The notes under the pieces are model-generated. The model was not told the origin of the DNA and ran no database searches. It worked only from the letters and a program-made list of their open reading frames with translations. The translations under genes and the position numbers were made by a program. Of a stretch of DNA of 64,000 bases, positions 28,245-37,402 are shown one piece after another. Position 1 is the stretch's first letter. The number at the start of each line of letters is the position of its first letter. This DNA comes from an uncultured Actinomycetes bacterium (lineage in GTDB: Bacteria; Actinomycetota; Coriobacteriia; Anaerosomatales; PHET01), in contig CAVYQS010000012.1 in the NCBI GenBank assembly GCA_963770765.1, positions 144,404 through 208,403 on the forward strand, written 5' to 3'.

Positions 28245-28703
28245 CTAGAACAACGAGTCTTGGGTGAGTCCGCCACCGGGACCGCAGGCCGGGTCTCCCA
28301 CCGTCGCGCATTCGTCCATGGCAGCGTTGGCCATCGCGTCGGCGGCCTTGTTGAGTTCGCGGCGTACGTGGCCCACATCGAAGGAGTTGAAGCCGCGCAG
28401 GAGTGCCAGCGTGCGTGCGAAGAGCGGTTTGAGTCCCGCGTTCTTGACCTTGTAGACGCCATTGATCTGCTTTACCAGCAGCTCGGAATCGGCGAACACC
28501 GACACCTGCGTGTATCCCAGGGCACGCACGTTCTCAAGGCCCCAGATCAAGGCCTCATACTCTGCGACGTTGTTGGTGGTCTCACCAAGGTAACGCCCAC
28601 CCGAACACACGACCTGACCGTCGACCTCGATCACGAATCCCGCACCGGCCGGGCCGGGGTTGCCGCGTGCCCCTCCGTCGGAGCGAAGGATGGCTCGGGT
28701 CAC
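28245..28703 (-). CDS. rnhA: Ribonuclease HI (archaeal/actinobacterial type)
   Basis: DGGARGNPG, TNNVAEY, DSEL and N..AD.MAN motifs. Confidence 0.92.
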   Translation of the reverse strand: MTRAILRSDGGARGNPGPAGAGFVIEVDGQVVCSGGRYLGETTNNVAEYEALIWGLENVRALGYTQVSVFADSELLVKQINGVYKVKNAGLKPLFARTLALLRGFNSFDVGHVRRELNKAADAMANAAMDECATVGDPACGPGGGLTQDSLF

Positions 28704-29416
28704 TGAACGCCATCCCTGACCACGATCAGGCGGCGGCACTGCGGGCACTGCGCGATGTCCGGACCCGTGTGAAGCTCGTGCAGCCTCTCGGCCGGCAGGT
28801 CCATCCGGCACGCGGAGCATCGCGATTCCTCGAGTCTGCCCACTCCCACGCCGGACTTGCTGGCCCGCACCTTCTCGTAGCGCTCCACCAGTTCGGCCGG
28901 TAGCTTCTTCGCGAGCTTCTTGCGCTTGGCCTCGAGTGAGGCGATCTCGGACTGCACTCCCCCGCCGACCTTCTTGAAGCGCTCGATGAGCTGCTTCTCC
29001 TTCTCGGCGAGGTTCGTCACGTGCTCCTCGATCGCGGCGACTTGACCCTTGGCCTTGTCGGCTCGCTCCATGAACTGGAGCTCCTCCATCTCGATCTTGT
29101 CGCAGCGGCGCCTCAGGCCGTCCATCTCGCGGCTGATCGACTGAACCGCCCGGTGGTCGGTCGTCGCCATGACCTTCGTCTGCTCTTCGCCGATCTTCGC
29201 CTTGAGCATCGTGGCCTCGTCCTGGCGCGACTTGATCTCCCCGTCGAGCTTGCGAACGAGCATGCCGGCCTTGGCGGCAAGGGCGTGGATCTCGCGCTGC
29301 TTGGCTCGTATCTCCAGGATCGCCCGCTTCTCAGGCAGCTCCTCGAGCCTCTTCGTCGCGCGGACGATCTCGACATCGACGGATTGCAGTTCGAGCAGGT
29401 CGGCGGCCTCACTCAC
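28700..29416 (-). CDS. Coiled-coil protein with C4-type zinc ribbon (DUF164 family)
   Basis: LLELQSVD, coiled coil, CSAC...CPQCRR; usual neighbour of nif3 and rnhA. Confidence 0.88.
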   Translation of the reverse strand: MSEAADLLELQSVDVEIVRATKRLEELPEKRAILEIRAKQREIHALAAKAGMLVRKLDGEIKSRQDEATMLKAKIGEEQTKVMATTDHRAVQSISREMDGLRRRCDKIEMEELQFMERADKAKGQVAAIEEHVTNLAEKEKQLIERFKKVGGGVQSEIASLEAKRKKLAKKLPAELVERYEKVRASKSGVGVGRLEESRCSACRMDLPAERLHELHTGPDIAQCPQCRRLIVVRDGVQ

Positions 29417-30542
29417 GGGCGTTCCTCACTCCCTCGGGGGTCCACCATCCCGGTTTCGCGGGAAGGGCGTGCACGGCGTGCTGATCGATGCCCTGAACGG
29501 ACCTCACAGCCTTCTCAAGAAGGCTCACGAGCGGCCACTCGGTGACGTCGTGCCCGAGCTCCACGACCGCGAGTCCGGCCTCAGCCGCATCCAGAGCGTC
29601 ATGATAGCGCACCTCACCCGCGACGAGCGCATGTGCTCCCGCGGCCAGTGCGTCGCCGATGAGCGATCCGGCCGACCCCGTCCCGGTCGCCACGCGGGTT
29701 ATCGGCATGTCGGCGTCGCCCCACACACGCGGCGTCACCGCGTAGACTGACGCGGCATGCGCGACGAGCGCCCCCAGGGTCGTGGGCTCCTTGTCCGGGG
29801 TCTCGCACACCATGCCGAGACGTGACTCGTTACGGGCGATGCGTACCTCGCCGACCGTGACCAGCGGCTCCTCGTAGGGATGGGCCGCCACGGCCGCCGC
29901 GACGACGCCCCGGACCCGGCGTGCAGGCGCAACCATCTCGACACGCCGCTCGGGCGCGGTCGACGGCGACCCCGGAGTGCCGACACAGGGTGCCGAATCG
30001 GCCGGCGGAATGAAGGCGCCGATCCCCTCGGCGGAGAACGAGCACCGTTCGTACGCTCCGATCCTACCTGCGCCAGCACCGGCCATGGCACCCACGACAC
30101 GATCCACGGCCTTCTCGGGCACGAACACCGTGACGACCGCCATGGGTTGCAAGGAGCGCTCGACCGGCTTGACGGGGGTCAGCCCGAGCGCCGCCGGCAG
30201 CAGTGTCTGGGCCTCGACGTCGCGGTCGAGATTGGTATGGGCGTTGACAAGCGCCACCCCCGCCGAGAGCGCGGCGAACACGACGCCTGCGGAGCCTCGC
30301 CCGGGCGTCAGCGACTGCGGCGGCGTCAAGAACGCAGGGTGATGGGTCACCAGCACGTTGGCGCCCCGATCGGCGGCGGCGCTGATGGCTCCGCGCGTCG
30401 GATCGAGCGCAAGGACCACGCCGGTCACCGGCGCGTCGGGGTCGCCCGCCAGCAGACCGCAGCGGTCCCACTCCTCCGCGCGCTCCACCGGAAACCGCAC
30501 CGCGATCGCGCGCTCGATGTCGGAGACTCTCAGGGGACTCAT
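29409..30542 (-). CDS. Nif3/DUF34 dinuclear metal-centre protein with PII-like insertion
   Basis: AEEWDRCGL, VTHHP, HTNLD, HPYEEP and GHDVTE. Confidence 0.92.
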   Translation of the reverse strand: MSPLRVSDIERAIAVRFPVERAEEWDRCGLLAGDPDAPVTGVVLALDPTRGAISAAADRGANVLVTHHPAFLTPPQSLTPGRGSAGVVFAALSAGVALVNAHTNLDRDVEAQTLLPAALGLTPVKPVERSLQPMAVVTVFVPEKAVDRVVGAMAGAGAGRIGAYERCSFSAEGIGAFIPPADSAPCVGTPGSPSTAPERRVEMVAPARRVRGVVAAAVAAHPYEEPLVTVGEVRIARNESRLGMVCETPDKEPTTLGALVAHAASVYAVTPRVWGDADMPITRVATGTGSAGSLIGDALAAGAHALVAGEVRYHDALDAAEAGLAVVELGHDVTEWPLVSLLEKAVRSVQGIDQHAVHALPAKPGWWTPEGVRNARE

Positions 30543-31354
30543 AGCGGGATCGACCTCGATTCATGGCGGCTGACAGGGAGACAGACGTCGGAGTATCCGG
30601 CGGCCACCAACGCGGCGTAGGCGACCTCGATGTCGAGACCGACCTCATCGGCCGCGTGAGCGTCCGACCCGGCCGTTGCCCCCACACCCGCCGACCGGAA
30701 CGCGACGAGCAGGTCATGGGCCGGGTAGATCTCGGCCACCGGCTTTCGCATGCCGGCCGTCGAGACCTCGATGAGCACCCCGCCATCGGCCGCCGCGCGC
30801 GCGGCTTCTTCGTAGAGTCCGCGCGGGTCGAACGACGGGCGGTGCCCGAACTTCTTGACCAGATCCGGATGGGCCATCACGTCGAACAGACCGCTGCGAG
30901 CCGCGTGGCACCAGTGCGCGAAGTAGCTGACGTAGACCTCGTCGACGTCCCGGTCATCCCACTCTTCGAGATGGTGGGGGTCATCGAACGCCCACTCGCC
31001 GAGGAAGTGCACGCTGCCGAGAAGAACCTGTACCCCGGCGTGCGCGGCGACCTCGCGGATCGCGGCCGTCTCGTCTTCTCGGCCGGGGATCCAGTCCGCT
31101 TCGGCGCCCAGCACGACCTGCAGCCCCTTGGCGCGCTCCGCCCACAGACGGACGTCGTCGGCGTAGGCACCGAGCTTCTCGGCGGGCATCGAGATGTGGT
31201 TGTGGGGGTCCATACCGTCGGGCAGAGGCAGATGCTCGGTGAGTACGATGCCACCCAGGCCCTTGAAGATCGCCGCGCTGATCATCTGGCCCACCGAACC
31301 GCTGCCATGGCCGGACAGCTCGGTGTGAACGTGGCAGTCGATCAGCTCGCGCAC
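30539..31354 (-). CDS. PHP-family histidinol-phosphatase (HisJ/HisK-like)
   Basis: DCHVHT, TEH, GSVH, AHPD and GSDAH. Confidence 0.88.
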   Translation of the reverse strand: MRELIDCHVHTELSGHGSGSVGQMISAAIFKGLGGIVLTEHLPLPDGMDPHNHISMPAEKLGAYADDVRLWAERAKGLQVVLGAEADWIPGREDETAAIREVAAHAGVQVLLGSVHFLGEWAFDDPHHLEEWDDRDVDEVYVSYFAHWCHAARSGLFDVMAHPDLVKKFGHRPSFDPRGLYEEAARAAADGGVLIEVSTAGMRKPVAEIYPAHDLLVAFRSAGVGATAGSDAHAADEVGLDIEVAYAALVAAGYSDVCLPVSRHESRSIPL

Positions 31355-32394
31355 GAGATCACCCCTCCACCAAGAACCCTGTCGCCCTCATAGCATACGA
31401 CGCTTTGACCCGGTGCGACTCCGAAGAGCGGTTCGGTGAAGTCCACGATGAGCTCGTCTCCTTCGACCTGTGCGAGCGCATCGCGTGCGGCCATCCGGTA
31501 GCGAACCGCCGCGCCCACCCGAACGCGCTGGGTAGCGTGCCACACCACGTCCCGCGCCTCGATGCGACTGACCGCAAGCGCGTCGCGAGGACCCACGACC
31601 ACGCGGTTCGGCTCCGGCTCGACCCTGAGCACGAACAGCGGGTCCCCCGTGCCGCCGATGCCGATCCCCCTGCGCTGGCCGACCGTGTAGTGAGCGATTC
31701 CCTCGTGCCGACCGAGCACCCTGCCGTCCGCGTCGACGATGTCACCCGGCGCGACCGCGGTCGGCGCGCGTTCGCCGACGACCGCCGCGTAGTCGCCGTC
31801 TGTGGCGAAGCAGGTCTCCTGGCTTTCGGGCTTGCGGGCGGTCGGCAGGCCGAACCGCTCCGCCATCGCCCTCACGTCGGCCTTGTGCAGCTCACCCACC
31901 GGGAAGAGCACATGCTCCATCTGCTCCGGAGTCAAGCGGTAGAGGAAGTAGCTCTGGTCCTTTCCCGGGTCCATTCCGCGCGCGAGCCACGGCACACCCG
32001 ACTCATCGCGTTCGATGCGCGCGTAGTGTCCCGTGGCCAGGAACTCAGCGCCTTGGGCGGAGACCTTCGCGAGGAGGTCCGCGAACTTCACCCGGTCGTT
32101 GCACGCGATGCACGGGTTCGGGGTCTTGCCGGCGGCGTACTGCTCGGCGAACGGGGTCACCACATCGCGTTCGAAGATGTCTCGGTAGTTGAGCTGGTAG
32201 TGCGCGATTCCGAGCAGATCGCACACGCGCCGAGCATCACGCACCGCCGAGACAGAACAGCAGCCGCCCTCGGTGTCCGAGGACGGCCACAGCTGCATGG
32301 TGACTCCGGTGACGTCGTGTCCTTGCTCGAGCAGGAGTGCAGCAGCCACACTCGAGTCGACACCGCCACTCATCGCGACGAAGACGCGCGCCAT
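31342..32394 (-). CDS. mnmA: tRNA 2-thiouridine(34) synthase
   Basis: AMSGGVDSS, TPNPCIACN, ATGHY, KDQSYFL and TVGQRRG. Confidence 0.97.
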   Translation of the reverse strand: MARVFVAMSGGVDSSVAAALLLEQGHDVTGVTMQLWPSSDTEGGCCSVSAVRDARRVCDLLGIAHYQLNYRDIFERDVVTPFAEQYAAGKTPNPCIACNDRVKFADLLAKVSAQGAEFLATGHYARIERDESGVPWLARGMDPGKDQSYFLYRLTPEQMEHVLFPVGELHKADVRAMAERFGLPTARKPESQETCFATDGDYAAVVGERAPTAVAPGDIVDADGRVLGRHEGIAHYTVGQRRGIGIGGTGDPLFVLRVEPEPNRVVVGPRDALAVSRIEARDVVWHATQRVRVGAAVRYRMAARDALAQVEGDELIVDFTEPLFGVAPGQSVVCYEGDRVLGGGVISCAS

Positions 32395-32427
32395 CAGGAG
32401 GTCACCGACGGTGCCACACGTCGAACC

Positions 32428-32943
32428 CTAGCGCTGGCAGCAGACACTACACTCGCCGCCGGCACCCGAGGTGTCGTGGACGTGGTCCTCGTCGTGATCG
32501 TGATCGTCCTCATCGGAGTGCGGGTCGAAGTTGGGGTCGGCGCTCTTGACCTCGCCGGCGATGGGCTCGCGGCCGTGCTTCTTGAGGTAGTCGTCGACAG
32601 CCACCTTCAGGCCGTCGGTCGCAAGCACGCTGCAGTGCATCTTCGCCGGCGGAAGGCCTCCGAGCTCATCGGCGACCTGCTTCTTCGAGATCGCCACCGC
32701 CTGATCGAGGCTCAGACCCTTGGCCATCTCGGTGACGATCGACGACGTGGCGATCGCCGCGCCGCAGCCCAGTGTCTGGAACTTCACATCGTTGATGTGA
32801 TCGGTCTCGTCGACCTTGATGGTGATCTTCATCATGTCGCCGCAGACCGGGTTACCCACCTCGCCCACACCGTCGGCATCCTCGATGACGCCCACGTTGC
32901 GCGGGTTGTTGAAGTGGTCCATGACCTTATCGGAGTAGAGCAC
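32428..32943 (-). CDS. iscU: Fe-S scaffold IscU/NifU with a His/Asp/Cys-rich tail
   Basis: YSDKVMDHFNNPRN, GNPVCGD, GCGAAIA and KMHCS. Confidence 0.95.
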   Translation of the reverse strand: MLYSDKVMDHFNNPRNVGVIEDADGVGEVGNPVCGDMMKITIKVDETDHINDVKFQTLGCGAAIATSSIVTEMAKGLSLDQAVAISKKQVADELGGLPPAKMHCSVLATDGLKVAVDDYLKKHGREPIAGEVKSADPNFDPHSDEDDHDHDEDHVHDTSGAGGECSVCCQR

Positions 32944-32973
32944 GGGAGTTCCCTTCTCGGAGCGTGGATCTTC

Positions 32974-34161
32974 CTAGCCGGCGGTGGCGCCGAACATCTT
33001 CGCGTACACGGGCGACATCGAACGGAGGCGCTCGACGATCGGGGGGAAGACCTCGAGGAAGTACTCGACGTCTTCGGCCGTCGTGAAGCGTCCGAGCGAC
33101 AGCCGGAGGCTGCCGTGGGCGATCTCGGCCGGGCAACCTATCGAGAGCAGCACGTGGCTGGGCTCGAGCGAACCCGACGAGCACGCCGAGCCGGTCGACA
33201 CCGCGATCCCCTTGTTGTCGAGCTGGAGCAGCATCGCCTCGCCCTCGACGCCCTTGATGAGCAGTGGCGCGATGTTGGGAAGGCGCTCGCCGGTGCTCGC
33301 AGACGGCTCGGTGTTCTCGAGAGAACCCGTGATCCCGGATATCAGGCGATCACGCAGTCCCGCGAGGCGAACCATCTCATCGGGCTGCTCGGCGAGCATG
33401 ATCTCGAGGGCGACGGTCATGCCCACGACGCCGGGGGTGTTCTGGGTACCGGAGCGCTTCTTGAACTCCTGGCCGCCGCCGCGCGCCTGGGTCTCGAACG
33501 GAGTGCGCCTCTTGAGGTACAGGGCGCCCACGCCCTTGGGTCCGTAGATCTTGTGGCTCGAGAACGAGGCGGCGTCGACACCGAGCTCCACCACATTGAA
33601 CGGGATCTTCCCCAGCGTCTGGCAGGCGTCCGTGTGGAACAGCGCGCCGTGCTCGTGGGCGATGGCGGCGAGCGCCTTGATGTCGTTGACAGTACCGATC
33701 TCGTTGTTGCCGTGCATGATCGACACGAGCTTGGTGTTCGGCCGGAGCGCCTCGCGCAGGTCGTCGGCGTGGATGTGCCCGTCGGCACGAGGAGCGAGGT
33801 AGCTGACCTCGTAGCCGTGCTTCTCGAGCCACTCCGCGGGGTGCAGCACGGCGTGGTGCTCGAACGCCGAGACGATCAGGTGCGCCCCGCCCTGCGGCGA
33901 CACCTTCGACAGGATGCCGACAAGCGCGGTGTTGTCCGACTCGGTACCCCCGCTGGTGAAGATGACCTCATTGGGGCTCTCGGCGCCGATGGAAGCGGCG
34001 AAACGCTCCCGCGCATCCTCGACGCCGCGATACGCGTCGCGGCCCAGCGCATAGAGCGAGTTCGCGTTGCCGTACCGTTCGGAGAAGAACGGCATCATGG
34101 CATCGAGCACCCGCTGATCGACCGGCGTTGTCGCCGCGTAGTCGAAGTACCTGGTCTCCAT
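32974..34161 (-). CDS. iscS: Cysteine desulfurase
   Basis: YFDYAATTP, FTSGGTE, SSHKIYGPKG and STGSACSS. Confidence 0.96.
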   Translation of the reverse strand: METRYFDYAATTPVDQRVLDAMMPFFSERYGNANSLYALGRDAYRGVEDARERFAASIGAESPNEVIFTSGGTESDNTALVGILSKVSPQGGAHLIVSAFEHHAVLHPAEWLEKHGYEVSYLAPRADGHIHADDLREALRPNTKLVSIMHGNNEIGTVNDIKALAAIAHEHGALFHTDACQTLGKIPFNVVELGVDAASFSSHKIYGPKGVGALYLKRRTPFETQARGGGQEFKKRSGTQNTPGVVGMTVALEIMLAEQPDEMVRLAGLRDRLISGITGSLENTEPSASTGERLPNIAPLLIKGVEGEAMLLQLDNKGIAVSTGSACSSGSLEPSHVLLSIGCPAEIAHGSLRLSLGRFTTAEDVEYFLEVFPPIVERLRSMSPVYAKMFGATAG

Positions 34162-34173
34162 AGCCGCTCTCCC

Positions 34174-34617
34174 CTATCCGCTGACAGTCTGCGTGTGTGA
34201 GTCCATGAGTTGCTGATTCCCCGCGAGTTCGGCCAGCGACGTGGTCGCGAAGACCTCCCGCAGCGCCCGCGTGGCTTTCGCCCACACCGGAGCCGCTGCA
34301 CAGGCACCGCTTCGGGTGCACCCCGTCTCTCGCTCGGAGTCGCACACACTCGTCTCCAGCGGTCCCTCGAGTGCCTCGACGATCTCGAGTACGGTGATCT
34401 GAGAGGGATCACGCGTGAGAACGAAGCCGCCCTTGGCACCACGAACCGCGGAGACGATCCCGCCTCGGCGCAACGCGACGAAGAGCTGCTCGAGGAAGCG
34501 GGGTGGTATCTCCCTGCGCTCGGCGATCTCCCGCGCGCTCACGGGCCCGGAGCCATACGTGCAGGCGAGGTCGATCATCGCCAACACTCCGTACTCGCTC
34601 TTGGCCGTCAATCGCAT
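34174..34617 (-). CDS. Rrf2-family regulator (IscR-like, 3 Cys)
   Basis: MRLTAKSEYG, FLEQLF, RGAKGGF and C-x7-C-x5-C. Confidence 0.92.
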   Translation of the reverse strand: MRLTAKSEYGVLAMIDLACTYGSGPVSAREIAERREIPPRFLEQLFVALRRGGIVSAVRGAKGGFVLTRDPSQITVLEIVEALEGPLETSVCDSERETGCTRSGACAAAPVWAKATRALREVFATTSLAELAGNQQLMDSHTQTVSG

Positions 34618-34639
34618 CGAGGCGCCGCCTTCGGGGTGC

Positions 34640-34694
34640 AATCCCTACAGAATCAGTAATGATTGCATCTTACCCCGAAGGGCGACCGTGTCAA
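34640..34694 (-). promoter_or_regulatory. Promoter of the rrf2-isc operon plus a 25-bp imperfect palindrome (putative Rrf2 operator)
   Basis: TTGACA-16-TAAGAT (34694-34667). AATCCCTAC-AGAATCA-GTAATGATT at 34640-34664 has IscR type-1-like geometry. Confidence 0.65.
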
Positions 34695-34794
34695 CCTGCA
34701 GCCGCCCGTACTCGGACAGGCGGCCTCGTCGGTGCGAAGCGTCCGATGGTCGCGCCCTCCAGACCGTTCGGAGGCACGCCGGGGCTTCTCGGCA

Positions 34795-34841
34795 AATCGA
34801 ACACGTGTCCGATTGTCTCCGCGACAACGCACGGCTACTAT
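34795..34841 (+). promoter_or_regulatory. Second LexA-type box abutting a sigma70 promoter
   Basis: AATCGAACACGTGTCCGATT (1 mismatch from a perfect palindrome) followed by TTGTCT-17-TACTAT. Confidence 0.6.
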
Positions 34842-34997
34842 GGGCATCCGCCTCTCACTGCGGGAGGCGCACTGACTGGGGATCAGAATCGATGGTTGAC
34901 AGCCACCAGGGTGGCGAGAACCCGCTGGATCTGCCCAGCCATACGCGAGGCCTCGGATGACCCCAACAGGCGCCGGGGCCTCGGTTCGTCTCCGGCC

Positions 34998-35462
34998 CTA
35001 TTCGAGCGACTTCATGAGGCTCGCCATCTCGATGGCGCCGTTGGCGGCCTCCCAGCCCTTGTTGCCGGCCTTCGTGCCACTGCGCTCGACGGCCTGTTCG
35101 ATCGTATCGGCCGTGATGATGCCGAACATGACCGGTACCCCCGCGTCGAGCGAGACCTTGGCGATCCCTTTCGAGACCTCGCCGGCGACGTATTCGAAGT
35201 GCGGGGTGCCACCGCGAATCACGACGCCCAGCGCGATCACGGCATCGTAGCGGCCGCTCTTCGCGAGCTTGTCGGCGACGAGCGGGATCTCGAAGGCACC
35301 CGGGACCCACGCCACGTCGATGTCGTCTGCCGCGACGCCGTGACGAACCAGAGCGTCTTGAGCGCCGGAGAGCAGGCGGCTGCCGAGCAACTCGTTGAAG
35401 CGCGAGACGACGATCCCGAGCTTCAGGCCGGTCCCGATCAGATGTCCCTCAAACGTTGCCAT
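34998..35462 (-). CDS. ribH: 6,7-dimethyl-8-ribityllumazine synthase
   Basis: [24 protein letters not shown] and KAGNKG. Confidence 0.97.
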   Translation of the reverse strand: MATFEGHLIGTGLKLGIVVSRFNELLGSRLLSGAQDALVRHGVAADDIDVAWVPGAFEIPLVADKLAKSGRYDAVIALGVVIRGGTPHFEYVAGEVSKGIAKVSLDAGVPVMFGIITADTIEQAVERSGTKAGNKGWEAANGAIEMASLMKSLE

Positions 35463-36718
35463 CAGGTGGTCCCTTCTTCCAAGGGCGCCGATCCGCTCAG
35501 GGTGAGCGTGTGCGCCAGCTTCTCCTTCTTGGTGCGCAGGTACTCGTAGTTCGCCGGACACGACTCGACCTCGAGTCCGACCTGCTCCGTTATGGTGAGT
35601 CCGTAGCCTTCGAGCCCCACGATCTTGCGCGGGTTGTTGGTGAGAAGGCGGATCGACTTGAGCCCCAGATCGCACAGGATCTGCGCACCGATGCCGTAAT
35701 CGCGCAGGTCCGCCGGGAAGCCGAGTGCCTCGTTCGCCTCGACGGTGTCGGCACCCTGCTCTTGGAGCTCGTATGCCTTGAGCTTGTTACCGAGCCCGAT
35801 GCCGCGACCCTCGTGACCCACGATGTAGAGGATCACGCCCCGGCCCTCCTGCTGCACACGCCGCATCGCCTCTTCAAGCTGGGCGCCGCAGTCGCACCTC
35901 AGTGAGTGGAAGACGTCACCGGTGAGACACTCGGAGTGAACGCGCACCAACACGTCCTCGGCACCGTCGACGTCACCGACGACGAGCGCCATGTGCGTGC
36001 GCCCGTCGGTCGTGGAGGTGAAGCCGTAACCGGTGAACTCGCCGAAACGCGTGGGCAAGATGACCTTGGACGACCGATCGACGAGGCGCTCGCTGCGGCG
36101 ACGGTAGCGTATGAGGTCGGCGACGGTGATCATCTTCAGCCCATGCTGAGCAGCGAACGTCTCGAGTTGCGGCCTGCGAGCCATCGAGCCGTCAGGACTG
36201 ATGATCTCGCAGATCAGGCCCGCCGGCGTGAGCCCCGCGAGCCGTGCGAGGTCCACGGCGGCCTCGGTATGGCCGGCACGTTCCAGGACGCCGCCGGGCC
36301 GCGCTCGCAGGGGAAACACGTGTCCGGGCATCGAGATGTCTTCGGGCCGCGTCGCGGGATCGATCGCAGCGAGCACGGTGCTGCATCGGTCCGCCGGCGA
36401 GATGCCGGTGGTGATCTTGCCCTTCGCGCCGATCGACACGTGGAACGCGGTGCCCTGCTCGGAGGTGTTCGTCTCGGTCATGGGAGGGATTCCGAGCCGC
36501 TCGAGACGCTCGCCGGTGAGCGGCAGACAGACAAGCCCCCGACCGTGGGTGATCATGAAGTTGACCGCCTCGGGCGTGGCCTTGTCTGCGGCCATGACGA
36601 GGTCGCCCTCGTTCTCTCGGTCCTCGTCATCGACGACCACAAGCATCCTGCCTGCGGCGATCTCTTCGATCGCCTCGTCGATGGTGGAGAAGGGCGCGTG
36701 TGGAGACATGTGGGCCAC
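35462..36718 (-). CDS. ribBA: Bifunctional DHBP synthase / GTP cyclohydrolase II
   Basis: [33 protein letters not shown] and EGRGIG. Confidence 0.97.
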   Translation of the reverse strand: MAHMSPHAPFSTIDEAIEEIAAGRMLVVVDDEDRENEGDLVMAADKATPEAVNFMITHGRGLVCLPLTGERLERLGIPPMTETNTSEQGTAFHVSIGAKGKITTGISPADRCSTVLAAIDPATRPEDISMPGHVFPLRARPGGVLERAGHTEAAVDLARLAGLTPAGLICEIISPDGSMARRPQLETFAAQHGLKMITVADLIRYRRRSERLVDRSSKVILPTRFGEFTGYGFTSTTDGRTHMALVVGDVDGAEDVLVRVHSECLTGDVFHSLRCDCGAQLEEAMRRVQQEGRGVILYIVGHEGRGIGLGNKLKAYELQEQGADTVEANEALGFPADLRDYGIGAQILCDLGLKSIRLLTNNPRKIVGLEGYGLTITEQVGLEVESCPANYEYLRTKKEKLAHTLTLSGSAPLEEGTT

Positions 36719-37383
36719 TACTTCCCTTCGGTGAAGTCGCGAAGCATGTCACCCAGACCGCGGCGCGCTGCCGCCGGCTCATCGTCGTCGTAGGCGTAGA
36801 CGTCCACGAAGCGCTTCACGTACTTGGCCATCATGTCCACCTCGACATTCACCGCCGAACCGATCGCCTTCTCCTTCAACGTCGTGACCTGCTCGGTGTG
36901 CGGTACCACGGCCGCGGCGATGGAGTCACCTTTGATCTGCGCGACCGTCAGCGAGATACCATCGATCGCGACGGAGCCTTTGGGGATCAGGTACTCCAGC
37001 AGGTCGCGGGGCACCTGGAACTGGTAGATGGTGCTGTTGCCGGCGGCATGCCGAAGCAGCAGCTTACCCATGCTGTCGACGTGCCCGGTCACCAAGTGCC
37101 CGCCGAGCCTGTCGGAGAGCCTCACTGCGCGCTCCAAGTTGACCTTCCCACCCTGGCGAAGCATCCCGAGGGTCGTCTTGTCGAGCGTCTCGGCGGAGAC
37201 GTCGGCGATGAACGCCCCGCGGATGAACTTGACCACGGTGAGGCATACCCCGTCCACGGCGATGGAGTCTCCGATCGCCATGTCACGGCCGAAGTCGGGT
37301 GCGTAGACCTCTATCTGCGCCCCACCTGACACCCTGTCGGCACGCGTGATGATGCCCTGGGTTTCGATGAGTCCTGTGAACAC
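36718..37383 (-). CDS. ribE: Riboflavin synthase alpha chain
   Basis: MFTGLIE, GVCLTV, GGHLVTGHVD and VNVEVD. Confidence 0.96.
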   Translation of the reverse strand: MFTGLIETQGIITRADRVSGGAQIEVYAPDFGRDMAIGDSIAVDGVCLTVVKFIRGAFIADVSAETLDKTTLGMLRQGGKVNLERAVRLSDRLGGHLVTGHVDSMGKLLLRHAAGNSTIYQFQVPRDLLEYLIPKGSVAIDGISLTVAQIKGDSIAAAVVPHTEQVTTLKEKAIGSAVNVEVDMMAKYVKRFVDVYAYDDDEPAAARRGLGDMLRDFTEGK

Positions 37384-37402
37384 GAGGGCTCCTCTCCTCT
37401 CG

